Assembly (NCBI GenBank): GCA_951804945.1
Contig: OX638149.1
Location: forward strand, 118,420,001-118,484,000
Source: Podarcis cretensis
Taxonomy: Eukaryota
DNA length: 64,000 nt
Reading direction: 5' to 3'
Shown: positions 60,178-64,000 of the stretch, piece by piece
Layout of the letters: the number at the start of each line of letters is the position of its first letter
How positions within the stretch are numbered: position 1 is the stretch's first letter
The notes under the pieces: model-generated
What the model saw: the letters and a program-made list of their open reading frames with translations, nothing else
Database searches by the model: none
Told to the model about the DNA's origin: nothing
Translations under genes and position numbers: made by a program

Positions 60178-61911
60178 TCACCCCTCCCTCCCTCCCTCCC
60201 ACCTCCTCTCCTCTCCCTCTCTAAACTTTGTTTCCCTAGGTAGTTACGGTTCTCAGATAAGGGGTTTTGTTCTATTTTTGGGAGGCGGGGGTGGAGAAGA
60301 GGAGCATTAATAGGAGGGGGCAGGGAAAGAGGGGTTTGAATAAGACTGAAATATTAATAAATGCCGACCACCCTCCTCCTTCGTCCTTCTCTTTGACAAT
60401 CTCGGGCGAGGGGGGGGGGCGCTGACTTCAATTTCGAACCAGTTCACAAGGAGAAATTCCAGTTTGGGATCCTGTTTACAGAATATCAGAACGCACACGC
60501 GCGCACATTTCGGCCCTGGATAGGACCTCTGTAGAATTATCTATTCATAGATAACGAAGGAGACTGAGGCGGGAAATACCGTATATACCCTATCTACGCT
60601 GCGTTTAAATGTTCTGTGGACATGGTTCTCAGCTCCAGGTCTCCCAGGCCAGCTCAGATACCAGGCGGTCATTTGAGGGGGGAAATGTTCTCAACAACAG
60701 CTCATCTGTCCTAGTTCTGCTTTCCTCTGATGCCTCGACCCAAACTGTACTCTTCAATGGGGTTTTAATGGTAGAGGTGCTTACCAGAGTTTCCTGAAGC
60801 GTAACTTGTCCGAAATGCACCGGTGGCGCCACGATCTGAAGCTGAACACCGATCCTAACCCAGTTTGCACCTAAGTAAGTTGCACTGGTTTCATTAATTC
60901 CCCGTCCCCCAATTTGTTTCACTAAGTGCTTTCGAGCTGCAGCCTAACTTAATTGTTAAGAGCACGAGAACGTGTATAGGCGTGAGAGGCCATTATACAT
61001 TAATTGGTATAACATTATATATGTATTTTGAATGATAGACATATCTCTGCACAGCAACACTGAATTGCACAGGCACAAACGGCAGCAGGTCTACCTCTCA
61101 GTCCGCAGTATCCCTGCATTAGCAACCAAATCTGAGATTCACTTTCTTGGGCTTTGGATTTGAATCACTGGGTTCTAAGGAACCGGTGAGTTTGCTTAGT
61201 TCCCAGATGGGTTCAGCCCTGGGTCTAAAAGCAACAAAAGAGTTGTCTTTTGAGTGTCACAAGTCTCTTCGTCGGGCTTCTTTAGTGCAGCTTTCAAGAG
61301 GGTGAAGATTAAGGATAATTTTCCTGCTGCTGAGCAGGAGCTGGAGCTCAGAAAAGTTAAAATGCGAGTGTGCGCACCGGTTTCATACAGTGAAAACAGT
61401 GCCAGAGCTCTCTATTTATTTATGCGGTTACGGGCGAGGTAGGGCTCTGTTTACGCCTTCCTTACACCTCGATTCTCAGAAAGCTACCTGGGAGCAAGCC
61501 CCGTTGAACGCAGTGTCAGCTTCTACTCAGTCGACCTACGTGGCTGCAAACCTCCCCGGGACTTTAGTCCAGAGACAAAATTCGTAGGATCGAGCTGCTG
61601 TGCTTCAGCTGTGATCCTAGGCATGGTTGCCCGCGAGTAAATCCCGGTAACTTTAACCTTAGCAGCCTTACTTCGTCCCCTTGGCTTTCCGGAGTTGCCG
61701 GGGATCTTCCTAAAGTCTGCTCTTTAAGCTGCAGTTCCCACGAGCATCGCGCAGATATGCGGGTCTGGGGTGTTAGATGCGCACAGAATCGAATAAACCC
61801 CCTCGCTTATTTTACCCTCCCTGGTCGATGGACTTTCTGGTTGTAGGAGCTTATCAGCAGGCTATAGAATAGGAAAGAAGGAAGGTAGGAAGGTAGGAAG
61901 AATGAGAGAGA

Positions 61912-61944
<33 letters not shown>

Positions 61945-62339
61945 AATCCCTGGAATATAGCAAAATGCTTTTAAAAGGCACTCAAGTCTTAAAACATGTC
62001 TTAAAAGTGCTTAAACCATTGTAAGGAAAAGGGGGGTGGCTCCTTTCCCCCTGAGTGGAAAGAGATATTTATATCCAAGCAGAAAGGCTAAAATAGGACT
62101 GCGAAAAGACTCCAGCAAAGGGTGTGGGTGGACAGGCGCTTGGTTCGGCTTCGGATCCGAAAAGAATTCGCGACGAGGGAAAGAGGCCGCCTTGTGCAAC
62201 AGGAGAAGAAAGAAACCTGCAGCCGCGGCTTCTGAGAATCACTCGGCAAATGGAAGCAGCAACCGGCCGGGCGGGTCATGAGAGGTCTATTCGCCATGGT
62301 TTGCAGCCCTCCTAATAACTCTTGGCAGTTTCCGAGGCA

Positions 62340-62580
62340 AGAGCGAGGAATGACAAAGCCGTGCCAATAACGACAGCAGCAACCGGCTGGGAGCAAACAC
62401 AAGTTCACGTTCATTAAGTCTCGATCGCTTAACTTCACTGACTGCCGATCCTCCTAATCAACGGAGCGCGCCAGTAAGTGAAACTGACAAAGGTCACGAA
62501 GTTCACTCCTGTCTAAACCCGATTTCTGTTTGTTTCCAGGACGTGTAAAGGAGTCGGTAATTAGGAAGTGGTTACTAAGG
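62340..62580. promoter_or_regulatory. Candidate conserved element between Hoxd13 and Evx2 (RXII-like)
   Basis: Repeat-free block with TGACA, CCAATAA, AGTTCA-CGTTCA, AGGTCA-cga-AGTTCA (DR3, 62491-62505) and TAATTA. Position fits; identity unverified. Confidence 0.35.
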
Positions 62581-64000
62581 GCACGACGTAAAAAAAAATA
62601 TTTTTAAAAAATCTACTCGGCTGAACTCCACCCCCCCCCTTTTCTTTCTTAATTGCATACAGTTAAGGAAACATTTATATCCCGAAATAATAGAAATATC
62701 GGAACAGAATAAGGTTGCCACCAAATTCAAGCTGCAGCCTTTCTACGGCTTGCCTGGACGTACGTGGTTAGGATAAAGGTGTTTATGTAATCCAGTTGCA
62801 ATCCTGCTCAACATTTGAGTCAGAAGTAGGATAAATACATTCCGGACACGATGCAGCCAGAGGTGGGCCTTTGAAAAGGATTCAGCCGGCTTACTCGGGG
62901 ACAGTATTTACTAGGACTTAAATATTTCCCATTGTGTTCAATGGTGCTTCCTCCTGGGGCATAAGGACTGCAGTCTTCCTTGGAGAGAGTTACTTTCCTC
63001 CAATGGAATCATTAGGCTTCCCAGAGAGTTAAATTGTGTCTGGATCGTGTCTTATCATTTTGCTATACGTTCTTCAGTGTTTTTCATTGCAGGAGAGTTC
63101 GTCGCTGCCAGCGGTCGTGGTTGGGGGAGTCATTCCCCGCACCCACACTTTTTGGGGGGACCATCTATTCCATCTATTCCGAACACGGCTTGACCTCATC
63201 CATTCCAGCGAGGTGATAAGGTAGTTTTATGAGGTGTGGGGAGAACTGAGGGTCTGACGACGCGGGTGCGGGAGACCGCGAATGGGAATCAAAACAATGA
63301 GGTCAACCAGGCAAAGGTACTTCGTAAGGTAGGTAGGAAAAGCACCCTGCCGCCATTCTCATTTGAGCAAAACCTGTTGCTCGGACTGGGGCTGAGGCTC
63401 ATTCCAGAGGAGTCGACAGCCGCTGCAGTGATCCACAGGTTACTGCTGCAGAATGACAGACCGGGTCGTGTTGACCTATGGTTCTGCGCGCGCAAGGAAT
63501 GGGGATGGCTGGCTGAGATTACGAGGAGGCGGCAATGCTCGGAAAACAACTTGTCTAACAAGACTGGCATATTTGAAGAGGCACCAGGGCATTCTGGCGG
63601 AGCTTTATTCCGTTTGCAACACCCCCTTTCGGGAATCCCTTTCCGTCCCCTCCCTCTCCCCTTTGGCATTAAGTCAACGTGTGTGCAGCTGACATCATAT
63701 CTGCCTTACATTTTCCATTTGCAAATGGCGCAGGCATCAGAAGAAACGATTTTGTTGGGGACGCAGTGAAAGGAACGAGGGGCTTCCTAGGAAAAGAGAA
63801 ACACACACACACCCGCGAAGAAGTTGTGATTTGTGCTCCGAGGAGAAATTACCTCATTTTCCCTCCCTAATATCTGCAGCGACCTAATCCAATCACTATG
63901 CAGAGCCATTTCCTAATTAAAGGCTGTTTTAAGTCTTTTGGCGACCCACCCTAAGCACATCCCCCGGCTTTTATCTCCTAAGCACAAGTTCCCAATGGCT

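Noticed and set aside
60629-63769. Evx2, a Hoxd14 remnant, or a retrocopy (ORFs 60629-60922, 63236-63769)
   Set aside because: No homeobox, Evx2 N-terminus, polyA tail or TSD recognised; Evx2 is expected beyond the window end.

Overview
Vertebrate genomic DNA holding the posterior part of a HoxD cluster. Six intact two-exon homeobox genes lie on the minus strand: Hoxd8 (5888-7727), Hoxd9 (15506-17156), Hoxd10 (21744-24410), Hoxd11 (33991-36115), Hoxd12 (45055-46443) and Hoxd13 (57272-59742). Each has a phase-1 GT-AG intron, and the spliced lengths are multiples of 3. An intact Hoxd12, DNA-transposon MITEs and LINE remnants inside the cluster, and heavy polyAla/Gly/Ser expansion point to a squamate lizard. 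The repeat families resemble lacertid ones (inference from recall). Evx2, Hoxd4 and miR-10b were not seen. Non-coding highlights: out-of-frame uORFs overlapping the start codons of Hoxd10-13, including an AUGA stop/start overlap in Hoxd13; CTCF motifs that flip orientation across Hoxd11/Hoxd12; three MITEs with TIRs and TSDs, one just upstream of the likely Hoxd12 polyA signal; a dispersed palindromic micro-element family; nuclear-receptor elements; and a CCAAT/GC/E-box promoter module shared by Hoxd9 and Hoxd13. There are three N gaps. Nothing here is demonstrably a wholly new system; the uORF pattern is the best candidate for under-described biology. Comparisons with human, mouse or chicken are from memory and need alignment.
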